DNA of 63,813 nt, the filler included, from Octopus bimaculoides (lineage: Eukaryota), in NCBI RefSeq assembly GCF_001194135.2. It is 5 parts of 5 records of this genome, joined end to end, with 100 filler letters (N's around TTAATTAATTAA, not from the genome) between each part and the next. Parts side by side here need not be neighbours in the genome. Positions count along the whole stretch, not along the records: positions 29,797 to 56,540 come from NC_069000.1; 4 more parts are not named here. One strand, given 5' to 3'. Shown piece by piece: positions 38,120-49,849 of the stretch (the first letter of the stretch is position 1; each line of letters begins with the position of its first letter). The notes beneath the pieces were generated by a model, which worked only from the letters and a program-made list of their open reading frames with translations, was not told the origin of the DNA and made no database searches. The translations under genes were made by a program, and so were the position numbers.

Positions 38120-40330
38120 TTATTTCATTTAAGTACAACAAATTAGACTGTTGAAGAAAATCCCTAACATTAGGCTACAACAATAACCTTAGATGTCAAG
38201 AACCTTCCTAAGTATTTGAGCTGTCCCTAATAATACTGTTTTCTGGAGCTGTACTAAACAAGGTTTTATGCATATTTCCTGTATCCATCTGTTCAAATAT
38301 TTAGGAATGCACCTATAACTACAGGGATATGTTTTACTCACACTTTCCATAGCCTCTGTAACTCAATGGCTAGGTCCTGGTATTTTGCCATTTTCTCTAA
38401 ATCTCTCATATTGACTTTCTCATCATTTGGAACTTGGCACTTTCTGTTCTCTTTATCTACTATACTACTAAATCAGGCTGTATCCCACATCTTATATTTC
38501 TTACTTTCTAGCACTTTACTAGGTTCGTGCTCATACCACTAAAATTCTAGCTTCTACATAACTCTCAGTGAATTATTCTCCTTAGGTTGTCATGTCTTTT
38601 CTTGTATTCTTTTTGTGCCAACCACATGTGTAACACTTTCCTTTTTTCAATTACATAATCTTCATTAGGAATCCAGCTGATGTTTTTCTATCTTTACTCA
38701 GTTAGTCCTTAATGCCTGATCTTATGTTATTAACAAACTTTCTGTCTGCTTTTTCAGCCTTCCTTTCTGCAAACACAACCATGTTTCACTTTGGAAATCT
38801 ACCATACAAAGCCTTCTCTTGCCAGTCAGATAATCTTGCTTCTTTTCTCTGGTTTTAACATCATTTGGTTTCTTTGGTTCCCTTATCTCTTACACTAAGA
38901 GTTCTTAATAAAATTTCCTTACTACTATCTAACTAGAAGGCTATATCTACTCTAGCTAACTCCACACAGTCTTCTACTGATATTAAACTTTTACCACTTT
39001 CCTTTGTAGGTAAATACAATCTTGCTACTTTTGCTCTAGGATGAAGTCCTCCATTCATACTGAAGTCCTTCTGTAAACAGATTTGCTAATTCAGATTATG
39101 TCCAGTCTACAAAAACTACTGAATATCTAAGTAATGATACTGTCCAAGTATTTACAACCTTCACTAGATTCAGACCATTTAGCTTGACTTCATTAACTTC
39201 CTCACCCTGCAATTTCCTCTCTCATTTCTATAGTTAGATTTTAACACTCTTACAGGTTGTATTAAAGAATCTATCTCTTTTTTTAAATTCTTACTAAAAG
39301 CTTCAGATCATCCATATAGAGCAAATTTTTCCTTTACTATCTCTAAACTGACACCTTGCCTTTGACTTTGTTAATACTAAACTGAGGAGAACTAAGCATT
39401 TCTCTCTTCATATTAACTTTCCCTATAACTGTGTCACCTGAATAAATATCAACTTTCCATTTTTTTTCATGCTAATTAACTCTCTTACATTGTCTGCAAT
39501 ACTGAATACACTCAAACAATCACTTATCCATGAGTGTGGAATCATGTTATAGGGTTTATTATAATCTATCCATGCTATTGTTAAATTTTTCTTTCTAGAT
39601 TTCATTTCTTTTGAGAACTACTTTGTCAATGTGTAAAAAGTCATATGCTTCTCTAGCGTTCTTCATGAAACTTTGCTGTTCTTTTGAAAGTAAATTTTGG
39701 CTGTCAAAGGGCTCATACATGTTTTCTGAGAGTGTTTCTGTAAACAGTTCTACACTAATAATAAGCAAGTGATTGGTCTATAATTACTAGCTATATTGCC
39801 CTTGCTTTTGTTTTTTATAAGAAATACTGTTCTCCCTCTAGTCATCCAATTAGGGATGACTCCTCCATTCAAGCAATCTTGAAGTTGTTCCCTCAGTCTC
39901 CCATGTAAGCAACTGAATTTCTTTAACCAGTACCGCTTACCCTTGAACTAAATCTGGTTCTGATCCCTTCCAATTTGGCATTCTTCCAAACACTTTACTC
40001 ATAAATGCACTAATTAGTTTTAGATCTGGCTGCTTCTCACTGACTACTTCTTCCCTCATTTTCTTTAACCATGCAGCATCCTCATTATGATTAACTGGCT
40101 TATCCCAAATATCACTCCAGAACTTTCTAGCATCTTCTAAAATGGGTCCATCTGTTCAGTGTTAACTTTTTGACAGAACACTGCCTTTGGATGTGTGCTG
40201 AGGCTTCTTTTGTGTTGTGATTGTCTAAGGTTTACAGAAGGAAATTCATCTTCTGTTAAAGTCATTTAAATACCATGTGTTCGAGGTTTGTTTGCTTTGC
40301 TCACATGTGGAGGCTTGTAAGTGCCCATGT
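38120..40330 (-). mobile_element. R4/Dong-like non-LTR retrotransposon (RT plus restriction-like endonuclease), degenerate
   Basis: RKKNLTIAWIDYNKPYNMIPHSWI; KYQDLAIELQRLW...IPVVIGA...LQKTVLLGTAQILRKVL; ends in an aataataataat tail. Confidence 0.75.
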
Positions 40331-40427
40331 GTGAACTGTATAAACATATTTCTTGATGTACAAGCAAGAAATATAAATGTGCATATGTGTAGAAATGGGA
40401 ATGCATGTGATTAATTCTTATACTCAC

Positions 40428-40519
40428 AGTTTTGTTCATAGTTCTGTTGTATATGGGATCTCACACACAGTTCCTCAAGTTGTTTACACTTGTAAGCATA
40501 TTTTGCTGTGCCAACACAT
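40428..40519 (-). other. Candidate internal exon (possibly of the Patched-like gene)
   Basis: tttcttccag| acceptor, ACT|GTGAGT donor, one open frame CVGTAKYAYKCKQLEELCVRSHIQQNYEQN (phase 2/1); no firm homology. Confidence 0.3.
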
Positions 40520-40731
40520 CTGGAAGAAACTATACTTCATATATAAAATAAATCTTTTGGTTTCCTGGAATAACTTACATTGAAACATAATTTTCTTTCA
40601 TTTTTTTGTGGTTTCTTAAATCCTGCTTGGCGATGATCTCAGATTTAATCTTTCATCACAGGGAGCTCATTGATACAAGTCCATGATGTTCATTATTCAT
40701 GGTGGACTATCTTTATTATTACTGTTATTAC

Positions 40732-40796
<65 letters not shown>

Positions 40797-40965
40797 GGAC
40801 AGCAAGCTGGTAGAATCGTTACCATGACAGACAAAATGTTTAGTGTACTTAGTGGAGTCGATGTTATTGATTTGTCCCCTCCACCAAAATGACTGGCCTT
40901 GCACCAAAATTTGAAACCATTATTATTATTGTTATTGTCTCGTTTCTCTTTCTTTTTCTTTCTAG

Positions 40966-41303
40966 TTGATCGGCCAGCTAATGTCTTGTCAGGTCGCAGT
41001 TTAATGAATCTAGCTTGCGTTATACCTGATGCAATAGCATTGGCAACTCACTTAGGACTTTCAGATAGCAGTATAAGTGGAATTGGTTTTGATGCTCTAG
41101 CTGGTCGCCTAACTACAAGAGATGTCAACTACAAGATTCTGCTTTATTGGAAAAGGAACCATCCAGGGAAAGCTGAAGAGGCTGTGAACGATTTAGCACA
41201 GGGAATAAATGAGCTTGGCTTCAATGATCTTGCCACAGTGATTCTCAACCAGCATGCTGAAAACAGAGGACTAACCCTGGAATGTTTGACTCATTTTAAT
41301 TAA
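40966..41303 (+). CDS. Terminal exon encoding a C-terminal death domain
   Basis: Long pyrimidine tract ...tctttttctttctag|, phase 1; LATHLGLSDSSI...YKILLYWKR...LAQGINELGFNDLA death-domain pattern; TAA stop. Confidence 0.75.
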
Positions 41304-41779
41304 TCACTCTTACAGTGATGTTTACTTTCTTCCACTTAACATCTTCATCTACTTTTTGTTTCTCTCACTCATTCTTTCTTTCAATTCACCATTTTTTTAT
41401 GAGACATCTATTTATTTGTTCATTTTCAGTTTTGAGATACCCAATATAATAATTAACAGTGTTAAAGATTTACAACTTATAAATCAGAGACATGCAATAC
41501 ACAATGTAATAATGCTTGGTAAACTCTCAGAGCCAAAAACTTTGTTGTTTACACTTCTACCACTGCCGCAGCTTCTGCTTCATCATCATTATAATCATTG
41601 GCAGTGGCAGTGGCATCTGTTACAAATGATAGTAGTGCCTACCAGAGATGAGTGACGGCTATTACATGCAGGCATCATGTACCCAAAATAACTGACATTC
41701 ATCATTGACTTGAAACTTCAGCCATGTATTCTACAGTTCAAAAACATCAGCAATAAAGATACTTTTTATAACAATACCT

Positions 41780-42010
41780 ATACCTACAACATAGTCTTAA
41801 AAACATCTATTAAAATAATAGATGGATACGGTTTTAAAGACACCTGTCATATAATATATATGATGTAGTTTTAAAGCCATCTGTTATACAGTGTAATACG
41901 GTAGGGTTTTAGAGACATTATATGATATCTACTATATAGTTTGAAAAATCTACCATATAGCATCTACAATATAATTTAAAGACATCTGCTGTATAAATAT
42001 CTACTACATT
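41780..42010. repeat. Degenerate minisatellite (tagttttaaagacatct-like units)
   Basis: Repeated ttttaaaga(c/g)a...atct motifs. Confidence 0.45.
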
Positions 42011-42449
42011 CTTTTATACACATCTTTTATGCCATTTTATGTTACATAATATCAATTGTATTGTAATAAAACATTTGCTATGGATTAACAATACTAATCA
42101 AAATAGTATCATCAAAAATGAAATTATCCAAAAGACCTACTATTTAGCAACAATCAACAAGCATCTAATTAAGAAGTGTTTATCTATCAAATTGTTCCAT
42201 TGAACATCTTTATATTTAAAAAATGATAAATAAATAAAAGAGCTACAAAGTGATCCACATTAGATGAGGTCAAGCAATAAACAGAAGTGAAGTAAGTGAT
42301 AAGAACAACAACAAAAGCTGGGAATCAGACAAGAAAAGTCTGAAAATTTCCGAAAAAAATTTATATTGAGTGATGGGGCAAGAATATCTAACGGGAATAT
42401 AGCAACAACAAGAGAAGTCCTGATAGAAAGGAATGGTGTTTTGAGAGAG

Positions 42450-42640
42450 AGGGAGAGATGACAGTTATTCTTTAGTAAGGAGCATAGTTTAATAGAGAGA
42501 TGTCTTTTGTAAGGAACAAAGAGATGAATCATTTTTAAGAGAAAGAAAAAGATATGAATCTTTTGTAAGAAACAGAAAGATCTTTTATAAGTAACAGTGT
42601 TTAAAAGAGATGTGTTTTGTAAGGAACAAACAGTACTTGT
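42450..42640. repeat. Degenerate minisatellite (aaagagatgtcttttgtaaggaac-like units)
   Basis: Four to five imperfect copies. Confidence 0.5.
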
Positions 42641-43879
42641 ATACAATTCAATACGAACAGAATTTGTCGGTACTCTCTTACTTAGTGGTAGGTAAGTTCA
42701 CCGACGAAAACCCTTTTCACTGTCTTCATGTACAGTAACTCAAAAGAATTTTGATGATAGCTCATGGAGTATTATGACATAGCTCAATAAAGTAGCAGAC
42801 ATAGCTGAAAGATGTACCAATCTAGGAGCAGTGGAAAGAGAGATTTACTACATTAATATGGCTGTCCAAACTGAGATCATCTCAACGATATGGAATATCT
42901 GTTCTTCTGAAGTGGCAAGCTAGAAAGTAAACAAAAAAAATTCAAAGTTTGATTTTCTATAAGGAAGAACTTGGTACCAAAGCTCACAGAAGTGTTTATG
43001 ACAGTAAGCAATAAAATCATGACAATGAAGCTACCAAAAACAAAGAACTACAATGCTATAATAATCAGTGTATGTGCTCTAGTCCAGCTATGACAAACTC
43101 CAGTGAAAGAAAGAATACTATAGGCAATTAGTACATACATTGTGTAACATTCTTCATACAGTCAAACGGTACTAATTGGAACCTTCAGTATCAGGATGAA
43201 GAAAAACTATACAAATTGGCAGGTGTGATGTTGGTGGCTGCAAACTAAACACGGAGCTTTTAATGGCACTTGGCAGTGATTTTGAATGAATAGTGACCAA
43301 TACCATATTGGATTAGAAGACCAAATGCATGACAACAGGGGTACATCCTTACTCCAAACATTATCTTGTGACTGGTTTTGTTATAACACAACAATAGGGA
43401 AAGTAGGCACCCATGGTACCAGACTTACATGTGGCACAAACTACTAGTCTAATCATCAGCTATGAAGATCTAAGGTCACTCTCAACATAGTACAAAAGCA
43501 CAATATCAAACAGAAGCCTATCAACGTTGTCAAACTACATACAGAAAACCTTCCAACCAAATTCGAACAGGAGATTAAAGAGGCAGTTGCCTAATAGGAA
43601 GATCAACCAAGGAGGGTCATGTCTTTGCCAAGTTGTGTACAATTATGCTAAGACTGCTATTGATAAATCCAATGCAAAACATTAAGATTGATTTGAAATG
43701 CCACTACAGACCCACCAAAGAATAATAGAAACAAGAAACACAAGAATGAACCTCATAATTTATAGAGATATTGGCAAACTGCTACAAAGTCACACCAGGA
43801 CACTGACATTGAAATGGTGGAAAAAGGCAGAGGAATTCCAATAGGCCACCGATAAGAATAGCATAAAGGGCTTCTATGA

Positions 43880-46195
43880 AGAGTTCAAGTGTGGAGTGAT
43901 CTTTTCTGAATCCATTCTGATTTCTGCTGAGTATGTTTTCCATATCAAGCTGCATTCTATTGAGGAGCATGGCATTATATATCTTGGCAGCAATTGTAGT
44001 AAGGTGCTGCCATAGTAATTGACAATGAGACCTAAATTCTTTTGGGAGAAGGCGAGTATGTAACCTTTGTTCTATATTTATATGGTTGATTGGTTGTATA
44101 TGAAATTTCAGTACTGGAGGAGGATATCATTGAACTCATCAGTTTTCCATAACTCAGGAGGATTTCATCAAGGCCAATAGATTTATTGTTCCATAATTTC
44201 TTCAGTATAGCCAAGAGTTCATCCACCGAGAATGCCTCAGTTTTGATATTTAGTTCTTAGTGAACTATCTGCTGGACTGGAGTATCATGAAGACCAGGGG
44301 CCTTTCTAAATAAATTTTGGAAGTGTTCATTCCACTACTTTAGACATTTCTCCAAGCTAGATTTTTTCAGCTTTGCTTTGGAAGTCTTCTTTCTGCCTGT
44401 GATATTGACAGTCTGCCAAGGTATGGATGATTGTTTGATCTCTACTACTTGCACAGTTGAGTCAGTTTGGTGCTGAATATACTTTTGTTGTTCTACCTGT
44501 GGTGTTTCTGTCAGTTCCTTCTAAGCATATTTCGCTATATTTATGTTAGTTGGGTTTCCGTTTTTAATCTGAGAGAGCTGCTTGAGGTATTTCCTCATTT
44601 TCATTATGGATTCTCATAGTTAGAAGGATCATCAAAGTGGTCAAAGTGAGAAATCTTAATGCAGTTGAATTCACAAAGACTTTCAATTTAGTGCACAGAA
44701 ATGTTACTGGCCTATGGAGTTCGTGAAGAGGAGTTGCTTCTGTGATGATGCTTTATCAGAACACTCGAGCTAAAGTGCACTAACCAGATGGGGACATTGT
44801 TTCTTTTGATCATTTATATTGATTATTTTTTACATTATTTACATTGGACGGATATGTATCCTCATCTTGTCTGTTATTACCACAAGATGAGGACACATAT
44901 CCATCCAATGTAAATAATGTAAAAAATGTACAGAACTCCTCATCTCTAAAATATAGAACAGCATTTATACTGATGTTCTTCAAGGAGACATTGTAGTTCC
45001 ATTTCTGGTTACAGTATGTTTAGATTATTTCTTACATTCATTGACGTCAACAAAGATTATAGGACTGAATGAGCTAGAAATAGAAGATATCCTGCAGTAA
45101 AAACATCAGATGGCGCAGGAGTGGCTGTGTGGTAAGTAGCTTGCTTACCAACCACATGGTAAGTGGGTTCAGTCCCACTGCATGACACCTTGGGCAAGTG
45201 TCTTCTACTATAGCTTCAGGCCAACCAAAGCCTTGTGAGTGGATTTGGTAGATGGAAACTGAAAGAAGTCGTATATATGTGTGTGTGTTTGTTTATGTTT
45301 GTGTGTGTTTGTTCCCCACCATCACTTGAGAATGTTGGTGTGTTCACGTCCTCATAACTTAGCGGTTTGGCAAAAGAGACCGATAGAATAAGTACTAGGT
45401 TTATAAAGAATAAGTCCTGGGGTTGATTTGTTTGACTAAAGCAGTGCTCCAGCATGGCTACAGTCAAATGACTGAAACAAATAAAAGAAAAAAAAAAGAT
45501 GCCGACTAAGCAGATGATCTTACTCTTTTTGCAGATAATATAGAATTAGTAGAGAAAATCTTGTATGTATTGAGACTGCAGCTGCACTAATAGGACTATA
45601 TGTCAATACCAATATGACTGAATACATAGGCTAAAGCGTAATAAGTGGTACCTATACTCTGAATGATACCAATCTGAAGATGGGAGGTAACTGGGAGGTA
45701 ACTGAGCTTCAGCAGAAAAGGGTGTTCAGGGAAGGAATGCGAAAGTATTCAGTGACTCAGAATTATAAGGGAGACTTCCCTTCCTGATAACATAAAGAAG
45801 GGTTTCTTCAAAGCAGTCGTTAAATTATTACTTCTCTATGGTTCTTCAACATGGACACTGAACAAGACCTGAAAAGAAGCTTGATGGTACATATATGAGA
45901 ATGCTTTGTGCAATTTTCAATCTTTCTTGGCAGCACACCCTACCGAGCAGCAACTGTATAGCAATCTTCCAACCATCACCTCATTAACCATGGAAAGAAC
46001 AAGTTATGCAGGACAATGAGGGAGAAGCAAGGATGAAATATTCAGAGGTTGGTTCTCTGGAAACCCATGCATGGACATACATATATTGGCAAACCAAGAA
46101 CATCTGGCATGGAGGAGTTACATTGGTCTGGGTAAGTCACCCGTCCAGAAGGATAGATGGATGGATAGATGGATGGAGAGAGTTATAGATAGATG
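43880..46195. mobile_element. RTE-X-like LINE with 5' inversion
   Basis: Minus arm 44620->43880 encodes the RT N-part ending NQNGFRKDHST; plus arm from ~44620 continues RRIIKVVKVRNLNAV.FTKTFNLVHR...LQGD...ADDLTL. Confidence 0.65.
44824..44961. mobile_element. Short palindromic Penelope-tail element (no ribozyme retained)
   Basis: Inverted arms tttacattggacggatatgtatcctcatcttgt / acaagatgaggacacatatccatccaatgtaaa; ~13-bp TSD catttata(t/c)tgat. Confidence 0.65.
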
Positions 46196-47788
46196 ACAAG
46201 CTCAAACATTTAAGGACCCAGGAAAAGGGACTGTCACCCTAAAATCGATTGATGAAAGCAGAGTTCTCTCAGACAGTGAAGATCGATTGAACACTTTCAG
46301 CAACTGATCGATACACCTGGTGACTTAGCCCCCCACCCCTGGCTGTCAATGTCTAGCAGAGCACTGTGAATGCAGTCCTTAATGGTGATGAAGGAATTTA
46401 TGTAGACACTCTTCTGTCTTGGAAATGGCAGAACACCTGGTAGAGATAAATTCCTGATGAAATCTGGAAACATTGTGGATTTAACTTTACCAACAGCCCT
46501 CATAAGATTATCACTAATGTATGGTTGGAGGACTCAATAATGAAAATGAGCAGACATTGTCACAATTTTCAAGAAAGTATTTTCCCAAACCCTTCTTAAC
46601 AGACTCACTAGCCATATAACCCAAGAAATAATATTATAAACACAGTGTGATTTTTTTTTTGTTAAACTGTGGCACAATAGACATGGACTTCTGCTCCTGA
46701 CAACCCAAGAGAAACACATAGAATGGAAGCAACCCCTATACATGGCATTTATTGAATTTACAACAGCGTTCAATATACTTTAGTCTGGTCTTTATCAACT
46801 ATTTAGGAAAAAATGGTTCCTCTGAAAAATTCTAATCCATGATGGAGGCTGTGCACACTTGAATCATTGCAAAGGTCAAAATGTAGGAGACACATTGAAC
46901 TTATTTGCTGTAGCAAAGGTGTTGAATATGGATATGTATTGGCATCCACACTATCCTTTACCTTCTTTCCATTACTGTTGGTAAAAGCCTCCCGTAATTT
47001 TGAAGTCAAAGTTTATATTATAATCACTCCTGCAAAATGGCAAACCCCTTCTCTGCAGGAGAACTACTGAATGCGGATAACAGCATACTAATAACTCATA
47101 TATCACAGTAAATACAGAGGATCATAAATAAAATATATTCGTCTCAAGATAAATATCAAATGACAGATGTGCTGTTCCTGTTAAGTTGTATTTGAACACA
47201 TGATTAATTAATGGTAGTAATATGATACCTTGGTAATGCAATATAATAAAAAAACGGCCCATCTTAGCCAGAGTTCATCATTTAGATAATGATTTCACTG
47301 TACCTGTTATTTTAATTCAAACTTCTCTACATAGTGTATGTTGATATCCACTTTATAGTTTTCATGCTGCAGGTGTCTCTGGGTATTTTTACCATAATCA
47401 CTCTGTTTTAAACTATACCTTGTCTTAAAAAAAACCTTCATTCATTTTCTCCAGTGTTGTCACTCAAAAGTTAACTTTGCACATTTCAAATGCTTTCATT
47501 TTCAGTCCTTAATTATGTAAGGTACATACATGCATGTTTATATGTGTGTTTGTCTGTTCAAGATACGTAATTTGTAAGGTGGCAACCTGCCAGAATTGGT
47601 AGCATGCTGGATAAAATGCTTAGCAACATTTCTTCCAGCTCTTTGCATTCCAAGGTCAAAGGCCACTGAGGTCAAATTTGTCTTTCATCCCTTTGGATTT
47701 GATGTAATAGATTTAACCCCTCTCCGCAAAATTGCTGCTTTTAAAAACTTGCAACAGACTGGAGAATGGTGTGATCTTGGTCACTTAC

Positions 47789-47807
47789 ACACCATGGAAA
47801 GTGAGTC
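47789..47807 (-). other. Candidate 19-nt micro-exon
   Basis: cttcttttcttgtaccctag|gactcactttccatggtgt|gtaagt; phase 1/2 reading GLTFHGV joins the 40519 exon in frame. Confidence 0.3.
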
Positions 47808-48144
47808 CTAGGGTACAAGAAAAGAAGATATATCATTATCTTTTTATTTGATTCAGTCACTGGATTGTGGCTATGCTGGGGCACTGCCTTGAAGAATTTT
47901 TGTACTTATTTTTTAAAACCTGCTACTTATTCTATCATTCTCTGGATGTCAAGCAGTAGTGGTGACAAACACAGACACGAAAACTCACACACACATATAC
48001 AACAGGCTTCTTTCAGTTTCCTACTCCAAATTCACTCACAAGTCCCAAGACTGTAGTAGAAGAAACTTGTCTTAGGTGCCACACAGTAGGACTGAAACTA
48101 GAACCATGTAGTTGGGAAGTAAACTTCTTACCACATGGCCATGC

Positions 48145-48181
<37 letters not shown>

Positions 48182-48217
48182 CACGTGCATGCATGCTCAC
48201 ATTCACACACACACATG

Positions 48218-49335
48218 TAGAGTGATTGGTCTAAATTTGACGGTTTACATAAAAGGAAAAGAAAACACACTATCCCATCCTAAAATATAAATATTTATGG
48301 CTGAAAGATGACAGCTTGCTTAAAGTAGCTGCCCTCAGCTTCCATCATGGCCTCAAGAGGGGCTTGAAACCTGGTACATACGTTCCTCACTCTGTCCTTC
48401 AGAAGATCTTCAAATATCTCCTAGATCTAGGCCACCAGCTCAGCTTTGATGTTGCAGGTAGATTGGTTTGTGTCATTCTCAACTGTGCCCCACATGTAGT
48501 AATCCATGGGGTTACAATCAAGGGATTAGGAGGCCAGAAATTGGGGCTGATGAAGTCATAGAAATCCTTTGACAAATTCTTCTGACTCTTTCTGGAGTAT
48601 GGCAAGGAGCCAAATCCTGCTATCACACACATGGCCTTCCAACAGCAACCCTCTCCAACCAGGGTTTGACTACAGTTTCCAGCAGCTTCACTTGGCCATC
48701 TGAACTGAGCCTAAAACCCTATTTAAAGATGTGGGGCAGCGTGATGTCATTCTCACTGGAAACACATCCAAAGACCTTCACAGTTTGGAGGAACTTGGTT
48801 TTCATAATGTGGGACATCACATGGATTGTAGAAAAGCCCCTGTTTTTCTGGATGTTGTGCAACTGGTCCTGGCAGAAATACTCAACAAGATGCCTCAACT
48901 TGTTCAGGAGCTTATTTATCTTTGTCAAAGGCCCTGGCTGTCAGAATTTGTCCCTTGTTTCTCTTCTACAAGTGGTAGCAAAGGTCTTTCCTCATGGTCA
49001 GCTTCATTGTGTCAATTCCAACACCTATCTCTCTCACCAGAGTCCACATTTCTCTTACTTGGATCTTCCATCAGCTTGTCCTTCAGTTGGATGAACTTCA
49101 GCATGTGGATTTATTCAGAACATGATATTGGCATTTTGACACCCAGTATGAATCATCATGATACAAGGAACTCTTTTCCAAAATTCTGATGGCTTGCAGT
49201 CCTCCATGTCAGCTAACTTTTTTTTCAACTACAACTTTAATATTTATGGTCTGCAGCGCTGCTGGCTGTTCATCAATATATCAAGCTTTCCCTGTAAAAA
49301 AGGAAACATAAATCATCAAATTTAGCCCAAACACC

Positions 49336-49338
<3 letters not shown>
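48218..49338 (-). mobile_element. Second maT-type Tc1/mariner element, degenerate
   Basis: TIRs tagagtgattggtctaaatttgacggttt / aaatcatcaaatttagcccaaacaccgta; FWPPNP-L-DCNPMDYYMWG. Confidence 0.75.
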
Positions 49339-49373
<35 letters not shown>

Positions 49374-49479
49374 ATATCACAATAATTCCTATACTTCAAG
49401 AGAATGTTGTTCTGAAAATAATGGCTGCTCTAAGTATTGTTTTGAAACACAATTTTATCACCATCAATGGCACCTGTGC

Positions 49480-49830
49480 CCAGCATCGCCTTCCTGGCAC
49501 TTGTGCCGGATGGCATGTGTAAAAACATTCGAGCGAGATCGTTGCCAGTGCTGCCAAACTGGCTCCTGTGCAGGTGGCACGTAAAATACACCATTTTGAG
49601 TGTGGCCGTTGTTAGTACCGCCTGACTGGACTTCGTGCCAGTGGCATGTAAAAGCACCCACTACACTCTCAGAGTGGTTGGCATTAGGAAGGGCATCCAG
49701 CTGTAAAAACTCTGCCAAATCAGATTGGAGCCTGGTCTAGTCATCTGGTTTCACCAGTCCTCAGTCAAATCTTCCAACCCATGCTAGCATGGAAAGTGGA
49801 CGTTAAATGACGACGATGATGATGATGATT
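49480..49830 (+). mobile_element. RTE-tail repeat
   Basis: Same family as 1-168. Confidence 0.75.
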
Positions 49831-49849
49831 TATGTGAATTTCGACATAC

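Larger units (their letters stand above)
42900..47080 (+). mobile_element. Old RTE (BovB-type) LINE split by a nested insertion at ~43880-46195
   Basis: SNHQL..SKVTL endonuclease end; WWKKAEEFQ..TDKNSIKGFYE then resumes ..KGPRK..; later PLYMAFIEFTTAF, GVEYGYVLASTL. Confidence 0.55.
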
